Below, in pieces: positions 1-8,295 of a stretch of 29,532 bases of DNA; the stretch's first letter is position 1, and every line of letters starts with the position of its first letter. Under the pieces are notes generated by a model. It did not search any database, was not told the DNA's origin, and saw only the letters and a program-made list of their open reading frames with translations. Made by a program: the position numbers and the translations under genes. Origin of the DNA: Candidatus Acetothermia bacterium (GTDB taxonomy: Bacteria; Bipolaricaulota; Bipolaricaulia; M55B111); NCBI GenBank assembly GCA_046543235.1, contig JBKGZT010000010.1, positions 1 to 29,532 of the forward strand. Direction: 5' to 3'.

Positions 1-30
1 TAAGTGCTGGAGAGCGAGCCGAGATCGGAA

Positions 31-69
31 AGGGCAATTTCCCCGCCGGGGAAATTGATCCCTGGTTTT
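31..69 (+). terminator. Hairpin, possible intrinsic terminator of a gene upstream of the window
   Basis: CAATTTCCCC(35-44)-GCC-GGGGAAATTG(48-57) perfect 10-bp stem, extendable by AGGG/CCCT, followed by GGTTTT; TAA at 1-3 may be an upstream stop. Confidence 0.5.
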
Positions 70-160
70 GTCGAACGGTTTCCAAAGCTATAAATTTATT
101 TTACACAGTTGCTTCTACACTATCGAAGAGGGAAGAAGTAAGTGTACAGAGAGTTAATGC

Positions 161-189
161 TTGATTTAATTCACCAATTAAATTACCAT
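161..189 (+). promoter_or_regulatory. Putative sigma70 promoter for rpsT
   Basis: TTGATT(161-166)-17 nt-TACCAT(184-189) in AT-rich DNA upstream of rpsT. Confidence 0.5.
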
Positions 190-231
190 CTCTTAAGATC
201 GAAATCACTCAGGATTCAGAGGTGAAGAACA

Positions 232-495
232 ATTCCAGTATTAGATTCAGCAAAAAAGAGATTAAGACAGAACAGCAAGCGCAGGGAAAGGAATCAGAAA
301 AGGAAGGACGACCTGAAACGGGTTACAAACGAAATGAAGAAGTTGATCTCGCAAGGGAAAAAGGAAGAGGCGGAGGAGCTCATGCCCGAGCTGGCAAGTG
401 TTGCGGACCGGGCGGCGAGCAAAGGACCGCTTCATAAAAACAAAGCCGGTAGGATAAAGTCCAAATTCGCCAGGAAGATAGAGGAACTGGATTAG
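232..495 (+). CDS. rpsT: 30S ribosomal protein S20 (87 aa), ATT start, not in ORF track
   Basis: Manual translation (M)PVLDSAKKRLRQNSKRRERNQKRKDDLKRVTNEMKKLISQGKKEEAEELMPELASVADRAASKGPLHKNKAGRIKSKFARKIEELD matches S20 motifs (SAKKR..Q...RR.RN; DRAASKG.LHKNKA.R.KS); SD GAGGTGA at 219-225; in-frame TGA at 223-225 excludes an upstream start. Confidence 0.95.
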   Translation: MPVLDSAKKRLRQNSKRRERNQKRKDDLKRVTNEMKKLISQGKKEEAEELMPELASVADRAASKGPLHKNKAGRIKSKFARKIEELD

Positions 496-557
496 TTCCA
501 AGAGGCGATCTATCTCTTGACCCCAAATATAATTAACAAAACTGGTTAGGAGGCACC

Positions 558-1490
558 ATGAACTTCGATTTTGATCTACTGAGCAAGGCGAAGTACTGGT
601 CTACCCTGTCTTTAATCGTCGTTATAGTCGGCTGGGTAATCCTGGCAACGCCGCTTCTTATGCCTGGTTTGAGGGATTCCAGCTGGCCCTGGCTGAATCT
701 CGGAATAGATTTCCAGGGGGGGTCCAAGATATCGGTTCCTTTCGAAGAGAAGGTTACGACGGCTCAGGTCAGGGATTTCTTATCCAGCACGGAAGGGCTG
801 AGTGAGCTTAGCGACAGCAAAATTCAGAGCGAGGCAGGCTCGAATATAGTTTACATGAATACGAAGACGGACGTCGGCGGGAACGAGGCCCTGATAAACG
901 ATTTGAGGAGTTCTCTCTCGACTGAATTCGACGTAAACGAGAACGAAATCAGCGTCAACTCCGTTGGAGAACAAATCAGCCAGGAGTTTCAGGTAAAGGC
1001 CATGCAGGCCATCGGCATCGCCCTGCTCGTAATTTTGCTTTACATAAGCTGGAGGTTCCGGCTCAGATACGCAGTCGGTGCGGTGTTGGCGGTGGTTCAC
1101 GACGTCACGATCGCCTTGATGGTATTTGCCATTTTCGGTATAGAAATCAATCTACCTACAATAGGTGCGTTTTTGACGATCGTGGGTTATTCCCTGAACG
1201 ACACGATTGTGTATTTTGACAGGATGCGGGAGAACTCCGGGAAGAGGGCTGCGCGCTCGCAGTCGATGTTCGAGCTTGTAAACCGGAGTATCAACCAGTC
1301 GCTTTCCCGTACCTTAAGTACCTCCACCACGACCTTCATACCGGTTATCGCGCTAGTGCTTTTTGGAGGGCCCGTGTTAAAAGCGTTTTCGCTTGCCCTG
1401 TTGATCGGAGTCATCGTGGGTACTTATTCTTCGATATACGTGGCATCCCCTATAGTTTATCTCTGGGATAGGTACCTGGCCAGTGAATGA
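558..1490 (+). CDS. secF: Protein translocase subunit SecF
   Basis: LNLGIDFQGGS, GYSLNDTIVYFDRMRE, RTLSTSTTT, GTYSSIYVA motifs; multi-pass membrane pattern; SD AGGAGG. Confidence 0.95.
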   Translation: MNFDFDLLSKAKYWSTLSLIVVIVGWVILATPLLMPGLRDSSWPWLNLGIDFQGGSKISVPFEEKVTTAQVRDFLSSTEGLSELSDSKIQSEAGSNIVYMNTKTDVGGNEALINDLRSSLSTEFDVNENEISVNSVGEQISQEFQVKAMQAIGIALLVILLYISWRFRLRYAVGAVLAVVHDVTIALMVFAIFGIEINLPTIGAFLTIVGYSLNDTIVYFDRMRENSGKRAARSQSMFELVNRSINQSLSRTLSTSTTTFIPVIALVLFGGPVLKAFSLALLIGVIVGTYSSIYVASPIVYLWDRYLASE

Positions 1491-3241
1491 AATCCCTTAT
1501 CAACCAGGATCGGGTCTGGCGGGAAAAGGAAGTAGACGAGGAACTGGTTAGGCGTAATAAGGAGAAACTCAATTGTTCCAGCGTATTTGCCAGGGTGGTA
1601 TCGCGCCGTTATGGGTTAGAAACGGATCAAATCTCTCTCTTCCCCGAGGCCGATGACGAGATTCCTGAAAGCGTCTTCCACCCGCCGGGGAGCCTCCCGG
1701 ACTTGAACCCGGCAGTAGATAGAATCATAAAAGCGCTCGAAAAGGGAGAAGACATCTTCATTCGCGGAGATTTCGACGTTGATGGCCTCAGTAGCTCCGC
1801 TCTTGTTTACAGGGCATTAAAGAACTTGAGAGATCCCAACGGCCCTGGGAGGATCAAGGTAGACGTCGGTAGCCGAAACGTCGGCCACGGAATAAGCAAG
1901 AAAGTATCCGCCAGGCTACTAGAAGAGGATTTTGACCTTTTAATCACGACCGATTGCGGCGTTCGCGGAACCGAAGAAATCGCCCATCTGCAGCGCTTCG
2001 GCGTAGATGTAATCGTTACCGATCACCACGAACCGGCCGAAACCCTCCCTCCTGCTCTTGCCGTAGTGGACCCTAAACGGGAGGATTCCGATTATCCCAA
2101 TCCCTATCTCGCCGGCGCAGGCGTTGCGTTCAAATTGATCGAACAGCTCAGGGGGGAACTGAATTATAGCGAGGAAGAGGGTGGCTTGATCCAGCTTGCA
2201 GCCCTCGGAACCGTCTCGGACCTGGTGCCGCTCGTAGTTGAGGGTGAGGACGAGAACCGCTGGATCGTAAGGCGGGGTCTAAAGGAAATGAAAAAAAACC
2301 CAATCACCGGGATAACCGCTTTGTTGGGAGAATCCGGCTGGAGAGAAGGAAAGATAACCCCCGAAACCGTCAGCTACCGGATAGCTCCGAAGCTCAATTC
2401 CGCGAACAGGGTGGGGGATCCCCAGGTGAGCTTTTTGCTGCTGGCGACGGAGTCGGAAGAGAGGGCAAATCACCTGGCCAAGACGTTGATAGATTACGAC
2501 CGTGACAGGTCGCGGCTGCAGAACAAGTTGACCCGAAGTGCCAGGAAAAAGCTCTCCGAAAGGGGATTTAATCCGAGCGATGAGGACCTGGTTTTCGTCG
2601 TCGGGGACGAGTGGAACCAGGGAATAATTGGCCTAATTGCTTCCCGGCTTGCTAGCAGGTTTGGACTTCCTGCGGTGGCGGTGAGGCGGGAGCGCACCAG
2701 GTGCCGGGGGTCAGCCCGGGGAGTGGAGGGTGTGAGCGTGGTGAAAGGACTCGAGAGCTGTTCCGATTACCTGATTCGGTTCGGAGGTCACGAAATGGCG
2801 GGAGGTTTTACTGCCAGCAGCTCGAACCTGAGCGAACTTCGGGAATGTCTTGAGGAATGGGCAGCAGGACAGGAACCGGAATCGAGCGAGGACCAGGGCG
2901 AAAATTACCTTGATGCCCGTCTGGATCCCGTTCAGGTGAACAGGAATCTGTACGAGGAATTGAACGGCCTTGCCCCCTTCGGGAAAGGTAACCCCAGACC
3001 GAAGTTCTGGATGAAGGGTCTGAAAATGGTAAGTGCCCGCCGAGTCGGTAACTCAAAGAATCACCTGAAGGTGAAGCTAGCGGGGAGGGGCGTGGGCCTG
3101 GACGGGATTGGGTTTGGCATGGGAGAAGATCTTTCGGTTCTTAAAAGTCAGGAGACGGTCAGCCCGGTATTTACGCTCGATCTGAACGAGTGGCGCGGAA
3201 GGGAGAAGGTACAGTTAAAGCTAAAGGATTTCCTCTCTTAA
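1487..3241 (+). CDS. recJ: Single-stranded DNA-specific exonuclease RecJ
   Basis: DHH-family motifs GDFDVDG, TDCG, TDHH, GTVSDLVPL, GSAR, FGGHEMAGG, LAPFGKGNPRP; ATGA overlap with secF. Confidence 0.95.
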   Translation: MKSLINQDRVWREKEVDEELVRRNKEKLNCSSVFARVVSRRYGLETDQISLFPEADDEIPESVFHPPGSLPDLNPAVDRIIKALEKGEDIFIRGDFDVDGLSSSALVYRALKNLRDPNGPGRIKVDVGSRNVGHGISKKVSARLLEEDFDLLITTDCGVRGTEEIAHLQRFGVDVIVTDHHEPAETLPPALAVVDPKREDSDYPNPYLAGAGVAFKLIEQLRGELNYSEEEGGLIQLAALGTVSDLVPLVVEGEDENRWIVRRGLKEMKKNPITGITALLGESGWREGKITPETVSYRIAPKLNSANRVGDPQVSFLLLATESEERANHLAKTLIDYDRDRSRLQNKLTRSARKKLSERGFNPSDEDLVFVVGDEWNQGIIGLIASRLASRFGLPAVAVRRERTRCRGSARGVEGVSVVKGLESCSDYLIRFGGHEMAGGFTASSSNLSELRECLEEWAAGQEPESSEDQGENYLDARLDPVQVNRNLYEELNGLAPFGKGNPRPKFWMKGLKMVSARRVGNSKNHLKVKLAGRGVGLDGIGFGMGEDLSVLKSQETVSPVFTLDLNEWRGREKVQLKLKDFLS

Positions 3242-4948
3242 CGAGCATTTCCCCTTTTCCCATAACACCCTGAACATGAAGTACGGAATCCAGCGGGCCT
3301 GGGCTAGTCTGCCGGGTTCGAGCCATATTCTGTACAACCACTCTAACCCTCGATCCCTCATCCAGCGAGGTGCCCTAGATAAGTTGCCGGAAATGACGTC
3401 GAAGCTTCCGCCAACCCCCATAACGACGTTTGCATCAAGCCTCTCAATATTTTCGGTGATCCACCTTTCCTGTTTTGGAACGCCCATACCAACTAAGAGT
3501 ATATCGGGCCCCGACCGGTTGATCTCGGAAACGACTTCATCCTGATCTACTGGTATATATCCGTGGTGCGTTCCGACTATCTCCACGCCTTCGTATTCCG
3601 CTTCCATTCGACTGCCCGCTTCTTTGGCAACACCCTTCCTTGACCCCAGCAGATAGACGTCCAGTTCCTCAGGAGAGGCAAGGATCTCGTCTATGAGATC
3701 TATTCCCGCGACACGACTGGTTAGCGGTAGATCGTGCAGGGAGGCTGCCCATATCAGGCCGAACCCGTCGGGAGTAACCACGTCCGCCCGGGAAAACGAG
3801 GCATCGAGGAGCCGGTTGTCTTCTGCCTGTACCACTGCAGTGACGTCTGGCGTAGCTACATAGTTGGTTGAGGCGTCCTCGTCGACCAGCTTCAAGATCT
3901 TTTCCCTGGCTTCTTTGATCCTTCCGGAATTAAACGAAGTACCGAATATTCGAGCAGAACCCTGACTGGTACGGCGAATCGAAGGTTTCCAGTTTTCAAG
4001 GTAATCCACTGCTCCCTTGCCGGCGAGGACGAGTAAGGCCGGTAGGGCAAAGCTGCCGGCGAGGGAAAAGGCCTGGATCATTCCGGGATGCATAAGAAAC
4101 CATATACTGGTTAACCCCACTACGCTTAAGCTGATATAGAAGATGGCTATTCCCAGCTCTCGGGAACCGACGTATTTACTGGCGAGCCCATCCACGAGAC
4201 TGGGCCTGGGCTCGGAGGCAGTTGCGGATCTAGTGAAAGCCATTGATTTCGACGCTGCGGGTAGGGCCAGGGGCGCTATAGGCACCAGCAAGATGAAGGC
4301 GGTTAGTGATTTTACGACCCCGATTAGGGCAAGTCCGGCGAGGATAAAACCGAGCTGGCGAGAGACGATCGACGTTACGCGCTTCTCCGGGTTAATTACC
4401 ATCAAGCCAGCAACGGTAAATACCAGTGAAAGTCCCAGTTGGTAGGCAGTATCCAGTCCCTGGTCCGGCTGCAGGGCTACTATCGAGACGAAAGAGATCC
4501 CGATGACGAGCACAGTACCGAGAAAGAGATGGGGTTTTTCGTCCCCTAGTTCCAGGTGAGCGAACTCTACCGACCTGCTCACTAGTAAAAGCCAGGCCAC
4601 CGTTAGAGGTACGCTCAACCAGGAGAAATAAATATACCTTCCCTGCGGTGCAATTTGGATAAACTGAATCCGAAATCCAAACCAGGCGAAAACTAAAGCT
4701 CCCAGTAAAAAGAAAGAAAGTTCCAGGAATTTATCGTCCTTCCCGAACCATCTTCCGGCGGCAAAAAGTAAAAGGCTCAGGATCATGCCTACTATCGGGG
4801 GCGAAAAGCCGCTCACGATACCGACTGATAGCGGTATTATCAGCGGAATTAACGGCAAAAGACCTCCAGTAGGGGCCATTTTAAACCGTGTCAGACCGGC
4901 AAAACCCGCCAGCAAGATAAGCGACACGACTCCCGTAACTATACCCAT
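3221..4948 (-). CDS. Fusion: degenerate WecA/TagO (MraY-like) membrane domain plus WecB/TagA/CpsF glycosyltransferase
   Basis: C-terminal TPDGFG, RVAGIDL, GTHHGY, VGMGVPKQE, GVGGSFDV, RAPRWM..GLEWLYR are TagA/WecG motifs; N-terminal ~315 aa are multi-TM and resemble glycosyltransferase family 4 without the catalytic motifs. Confidence 0.85.
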   Translation of the reverse strand: MGIVTGVVSLILLAGFAGLTRFKMAPTGGLLPLIPLIIPLSVGIVSGFSPPIVGMILSLLLFAAGRWFGKDDKFLELSFFLLGALVFAWFGFRIQFIQIAPQGRYIYFSWLSVPLTVAWLLLVSRSVEFAHLELGDEKPHLFLGTVLVIGISFVSIVALQPDQGLDTAYQLGLSLVFTVAGLMVINPEKRVTSIVSRQLGFILAGLALIGVVKSLTAFILLVPIAPLALPAASKSMAFTRSATASEPRPSLVDGLASKYVGSRELGIAIFYISLSVVGLTSIWFLMHPGMIQAFSLAGSFALPALLVLAGKGAVDYLENWKPSIRRTSQGSARIFGTSFNSGRIKEAREKILKLVDEDASTNYVATPDVTAVVQAEDNRLLDASFSRADVVTPDGFGLIWAASLHDLPLTSRVAGIDLIDEILASPEELDVYLLGSRKGVAKEAGSRMEAEYEGVEIVGTHHGYIPVDQDEVVSEINRSGPDILLVGMGVPKQERWITENIERLDANVVMGVGGSFDVISGNLSRAPRWMRDRGLEWLYRIWLEPGRLAQARWIPYFMFRVLWEKGKCSLREEIL

Positions 4949-5006
4949 TGTGGGAAAAAGTATAATAACCCCGTTATCCGGGTAAAAGGAATTAATTCGG
5001 TCGATT

Positions 5007-5024
5007 GGGAGACAGTTGTCTCCC
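5007..5024. promoter_or_regulatory. Palindrome GGGAGACA-GT-TGTCTCCC, putative operator between divergent genes
   Basis: Perfect 8-bp inverted repeat with 2-nt spacer in the intergenic region between the TagA fusion and the por operon. Confidence 0.4.
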
Positions 5025-5070
5025 TCAGTTTTAAGGACGTTAAACTGGAAAGGCCGAAAATTCCCATTGA

Positions 5071-5099
5071 TTGCAGAACCTCGGTCAATTTAGTAAAAT
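5071..5099 (+). promoter_or_regulatory. Putative sigma70 promoter of the por operon
   Basis: TTGCAG(5071-5076)-17 nt-TAAAAT(5094-5099). Confidence 0.55.
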
Positions 5100-5157
5100 T
5101 CTCCCGGTTAATTGGAGAAACACTCAACGACTATTATCACGCACAAGGGGGTTTTCT

Positions 5158-5706
5158 ATGAAGGAAATAAGATGGCATGGTAGGGGCGGGCAGGGGGCAA
5201 AGACCGCCTCTCAACTGTTAGCCGATATCAACCTTCAGGAAGGTAAGTTCGTTCAGTCCTTTCCCGAGTACGGACCTGAGCGGAGCGGTGCACCGATTCG
5301 GGCATATAACCGAGTATCCGACGAGAAGATAAGGGTTCATTCGGGAGTCGACGAGCCCGATATGGTGGCGGTAGTTGACCCGACGCTATTGGAAGCCGCC
5401 AACCCGATTGAAGGCCTGGCTGAAGACAAAATATTGCTGGTAAATACTACGATGAGTCCGGAAGAAGTACGTTCTAAAACAGGATTTTCCGGCGAAATTA
5501 AGACGATAGATGCCACCGGAATAGCCGAAGACGCCGGGAGCGGTTACGCCAATATACCGACTCTCGGGGCGCTTGTAGGTGTTCTTGGTACGGATTACGA
5601 AGTGGCAGAAGGAGAAGTCAGGAAGTCGCTTTCGAAGAAGTTGCCGGAAGAGATAGTTGAGATGAACATGGAAGCCTTTAAAGTTGGTTACGAAAAGCTC
5701 AATTAA
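5158..5706 (+). CDS. porG: Pyruvate/2-oxoacid:ferredoxin oxidoreductase gamma subunit
   Basis: MKEIRWHGRGGQGAKTA, FPEYGPERSGAP; start moved from 5071 to ATG 5158 (SD-like AAGGGGG, family N-terminus). Confidence 0.92.
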   Translation: MKEIRWHGRGGQGAKTASQLLADINLQEGKFVQSFPEYGPERSGAPIRAYNRVSDEKIRVHSGVDEPDMVAVVDPTLLEAANPIEGLAEDKILLVNTTMSPEEVRSKTGFSGEIKTIDATGIAEDAGSGYANIPTLGALVGVLGTDYEVAEGEVRKSLSKKLPEEIVEMNMEAFKVGYEKLN

Positions 5707-5723
5707 CCAAAAGGGGAGGGCTT

Positions 5724-6026
5724 ATGGCAGATTTTGAACTAAAGAAGTACGACGAGATACCAATTGGCGGAGTAATAACTGGTGGAGCGACCCCGGAACT
5801 CAACCAAACCGGGGACTGGAGATCCGAGAAGCCTATATGGGACGAGCAAACATGCATTCAGTGCCTCCAGTGCTGGGTGAACTGTCCGGACGCTTCTTTT
5901 GAAATTTCGGACGAGGAAATTCAGGGTATAGATTACGACCACTGTAAAGGATGCGGCATCTGCGCCGAAATATGTCCTGTTGACGCCATCTCGATGAAAC
6001 CTGAAGGGGAGGGAGATGATGAGTAA
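5724..6026 (+). CDS. porD: 2-oxoacid:ferredoxin oxidoreductase delta subunit (2x[4Fe-4S])
   Basis: TGDWRSEKP; CIQCLQCWVNCP and CKGCGICAEICP ferredoxin motifs; SD GGAGG. Confidence 0.93.
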   Translation: MADFELKKYDEIPIGGVITGGATPELNQTGDWRSEKPIWDEQTCIQCLQCWVNCPDASFEISDEEIQGIDYDHCKGCGICAEICPVDAISMKPEGEGDDE

Positions 6027-7194
6027 CGAGAACAGAGACGTCCTTACCGGCCACCAGGTCGTAGCGAACGCAATGAGACAGGTGGAGCCCGACGTGGTGG
6101 CTGCATATCCGATAACGCCACAGTCGGAGATAGTGGAGTACTTCTCACAGTTCGTCGCTGACGGGAAGGTGGACTCCGAGGTAATTACTGTAGAGTCGGA
6201 ACATTCGGCTATGAGTGCCTGTGTTGGTTCCGCCGCAGCAGGTGCCAGGACGATGACCGCCACTGCTTCTCAGGGCCTGGCGCTGATGATGGAGATCGTA
6301 TATATAGCTGCTTCCACGAGATCGCCGATTGTCATGACAGTTGCTAACCGGGCTCTGAGCGGACCGATAAACATTCACGCCGACCATTCAGATTCCATGG
6401 CGGCCCGGGATAGCGGTGTCATCCAGCTGTACGGAGAGGACGCGCAGGAAGCTTACGAATTCACCCTGATGGCCCAGAAGCTGGCCGAAAGCGAGGACGT
6501 CCTGCTGCCGGTTATGGTGACGCTGGATGGATTTACCCTGACCCACACGGCACAGGTTGCCGAGCTGTTACCGGATGAAGCAGTTAAGGGCTTCGTCGGC
6601 GAGTACGACGCGCGTTACCCGCTTTTAGACACCGATAATCCGACCACCCAGGGACCGTTCGACATGCCCGACTATTACTTCGAACATAAGCTTCAGCAGG
6701 TAGAGGCAATGGAGAACGTTCCGGAGAGGTTCATGAAAGTACAGGACGAGTTTAGCTCTCTATCCGTCAACGACTACGACGGCCTCTTTGAGACCTACAA
6801 GCTCGAAGATGCGGATTACGCAGTGGTCTTGCTGGGTTCTACCGCCGGTACTGCCAAGGTCGTAGTGGATCAGTTGAGAGAGGAAGGAAAGAAAGTCGGA
6901 CTGCTAAAACCGTGGCTATTCAGGCCGTTCCCGTCTGAAGGGATTAAGGAAGCCCTTTCCGGCACGGAAGCGGTAGCGGTTATGGATAGGTCGCTCTCCT
7001 TCGGGTCTTCCGGTCCTCTCTATCTGGAGATAAGCTCGGCGCTTGCCGAGGAACCGGATAAGCCACGACTTTATAACTATACTTACGGACTCGGCGGTAG
7101 AGACATCAAGGAAGGGCAGATTGCCGAAGTATTCGAAGACCTCGAGGATCCCGACCTTGACGATAAGATGCGCTACATTGGAGCCAGACAGTAA
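6016..7194 (+). CDS. porA: 2-oxoacid:ferredoxin oxidoreductase alpha subunit
   Basis: AAYPITPQSE, VESEHSAMS, TATASQGL, YGLGGRD; start could be 6016 or 6019. Confidence 0.94.
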   Translation: MMSNENRDVLTGHQVVANAMRQVEPDVVAAYPITPQSEIVEYFSQFVADGKVDSEVITVESEHSAMSACVGSAAAGARTMTATASQGLALMMEIVYIAASTRSPIVMTVANRALSGPINIHADHSDSMAARDSGVIQLYGEDAQEAYEFTLMAQKLAESEDVLLPVMVTLDGFTLTHTAQVAELLPDEAVKGFVGEYDARYPLLDTDNPTTQGPFDMPDYYFEHKLQQVEAMENVPERFMKVQDEFSSLSVNDYDGLFETYKLEDADYAVVLLGSTAGTAKVVVDQLREEGKKVGLLKPWLFRPFPSEGIKEALSGTEAVAVMDRSLSFGSSGPLYLEISSALAEEPDKPRLYNYTYGLGGRDIKEGQIAEVFEDLEDPDLDDKMRYIGARQ

Positions 7195-7213
7195 CGGGAG
7201 GGTAAAATAAATC

Positions 7214-8140
7214 ATGGCCAGTCTTGAGACTCTAGCAAAAAGAGAAGAAGAGAAGAGAAAATTTGAAAGCGGACATTCCCTTTGTTCGGGCTGTGGGCTT
7301 CCCATAGCCGTAAGAACGATCCTTAATTCCATAGACGGTCCGGTTGTGGCGTCAAATGCAACCGGCTGCCTCGAAGTGGCGACGACGAGGTTTCCCACTT
7401 CAGCCTGGAACATTCCGTGGATTCACAACGCATTCGAGAACGCGGCAGCAACGATCAGCGGAGCGGAAACGGCTTATAGGGCGCTCAAAAAGAAAGGTAA
7501 GATAGAAGAGGAAACCCAGTTTGTCGCTTTTGCAGGTGACGGGGGAACTTACGATATCGGACTACAGTCACTATCCGGGGCCCTGGAGCGGGGACACGAT
7601 TTTACGTACGTTACTTTGGACAACGGTGCTTATATGAATACTGGCATTCAACAGTCGAGCGCTACACCGAAAGGGGCTTCCACGACTACCGTGCCTGCAG
7701 GTGAGGAGACATACGGCAAGGAACGAGAACGGAAAAATCTGACGGAGATAGTTGCGGCTCACGATATTCCCTACGTCGGTCAGGCTTCTATTTCCAACCT
7801 GTTGGACCTCTCCGACAAGGCAGAGAAAGCATTTTCGAAGGAGGGCCCGACGTTTCTGAACGTCCTTTCGACCTGCCAGCTCGGATGGAGAATCCCGGAA
7901 AACAAGTCGATAGAGGTTGCACAGAAAGGTGTAGATACCTGTTTCTGGCCGCTCTACGAAGTGGACGAGGGGGAGTACAATATCACTTACGAGCCCCGGG
8001 AGAAATTACCGATCGAGGAATGGCTGGAACCTCAGAAGAGGTTTGCTTCTCTGTTTAAAGAAGAGAACAGGGAAGTCATCGACGAAATACAGGAAGAAGT
8101 GGACGGAGAATGGGAGAAGTTACAGAAGAAGGCCTCTTAA
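7214..8140 (+). CDS. porB: 2-oxoacid:ferredoxin oxidoreductase beta subunit (TPP-binding)
   Basis: GHSLCSGCG, ATGCLEV, GDGGTYDIG...DNGAYMNTGIQ TPP motif; substrate (pyruvate vs branched-chain) not resolvable by eye. Confidence 0.94.
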   Translation: MASLETLAKREEEKRKFESGHSLCSGCGLPIAVRTILNSIDGPVVASNATGCLEVATTRFPTSAWNIPWIHNAFENAAATISGAETAYRALKKKGKIEEETQFVAFAGDGGTYDIGLQSLSGALERGHDFTYVTLDNGAYMNTGIQQSSATPKGASTTTVPAGEETYGKERERKNLTEIVAAHDIPYVGQASISNLLDLSDKAEKAFSKEGPTFLNVLSTCQLGWRIPENKSIEVAQKGVDTCFWPLYEVDEGEYNITYEPREKLPIEEWLEPQKRFASLFKEENREVIDEIQEEVDGEWEKLQKKAS

Positions 8141-8155
8141 GTCGGGAAAATACGT

Positions 8156-8193
8156 AAAAGACCCCGCCTCCAGGGCGGGGTCTTTTATTTTTT
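8156..8193. terminator. Bidirectional rho-independent terminator after porB
   Basis: AAAAGACCCCGCC(8156-8168)-TCCAG-GGCGGGGTCTTTT(8174-8186) followed by ATTTTTT. Confidence 0.9.
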
Positions 8194-8208
8194 AATTAGC
8201 CTGTATGG

Positions 8209-8295
8209 GGCTGGAGGGAAGGCGGGATTTGGATCCAGGAGCTACCGAGATGGTGAGTGGAACGGGGGATATACACCCGCCTCCCCCAGTCAGCC
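8209..8295 (-). ncRNA. Candidate structured RNA (long stem closing a C-rich loop), family unknown
   Basis: Minus strand GGCUG/CAGCC plus GGGGAGGCGGG/CCCGCCUUCCC (11 bp including one G-U) enclosing ~49 nt; lies just before the bidirectional terminator. Confidence 0.3.

Noticed and set aside
222-437. ORF-track 71-aa ORF (and antisense 262..501)
   Set aside because: Out-of-frame or antisense shadows of rpsT at 232-495; the GTG is part of the rpsT SD
5071-5157. N-terminal extension of PorG from TTG 5071
   Set aside because: That TTG is the -35 box; family homology begins at ATG 5158
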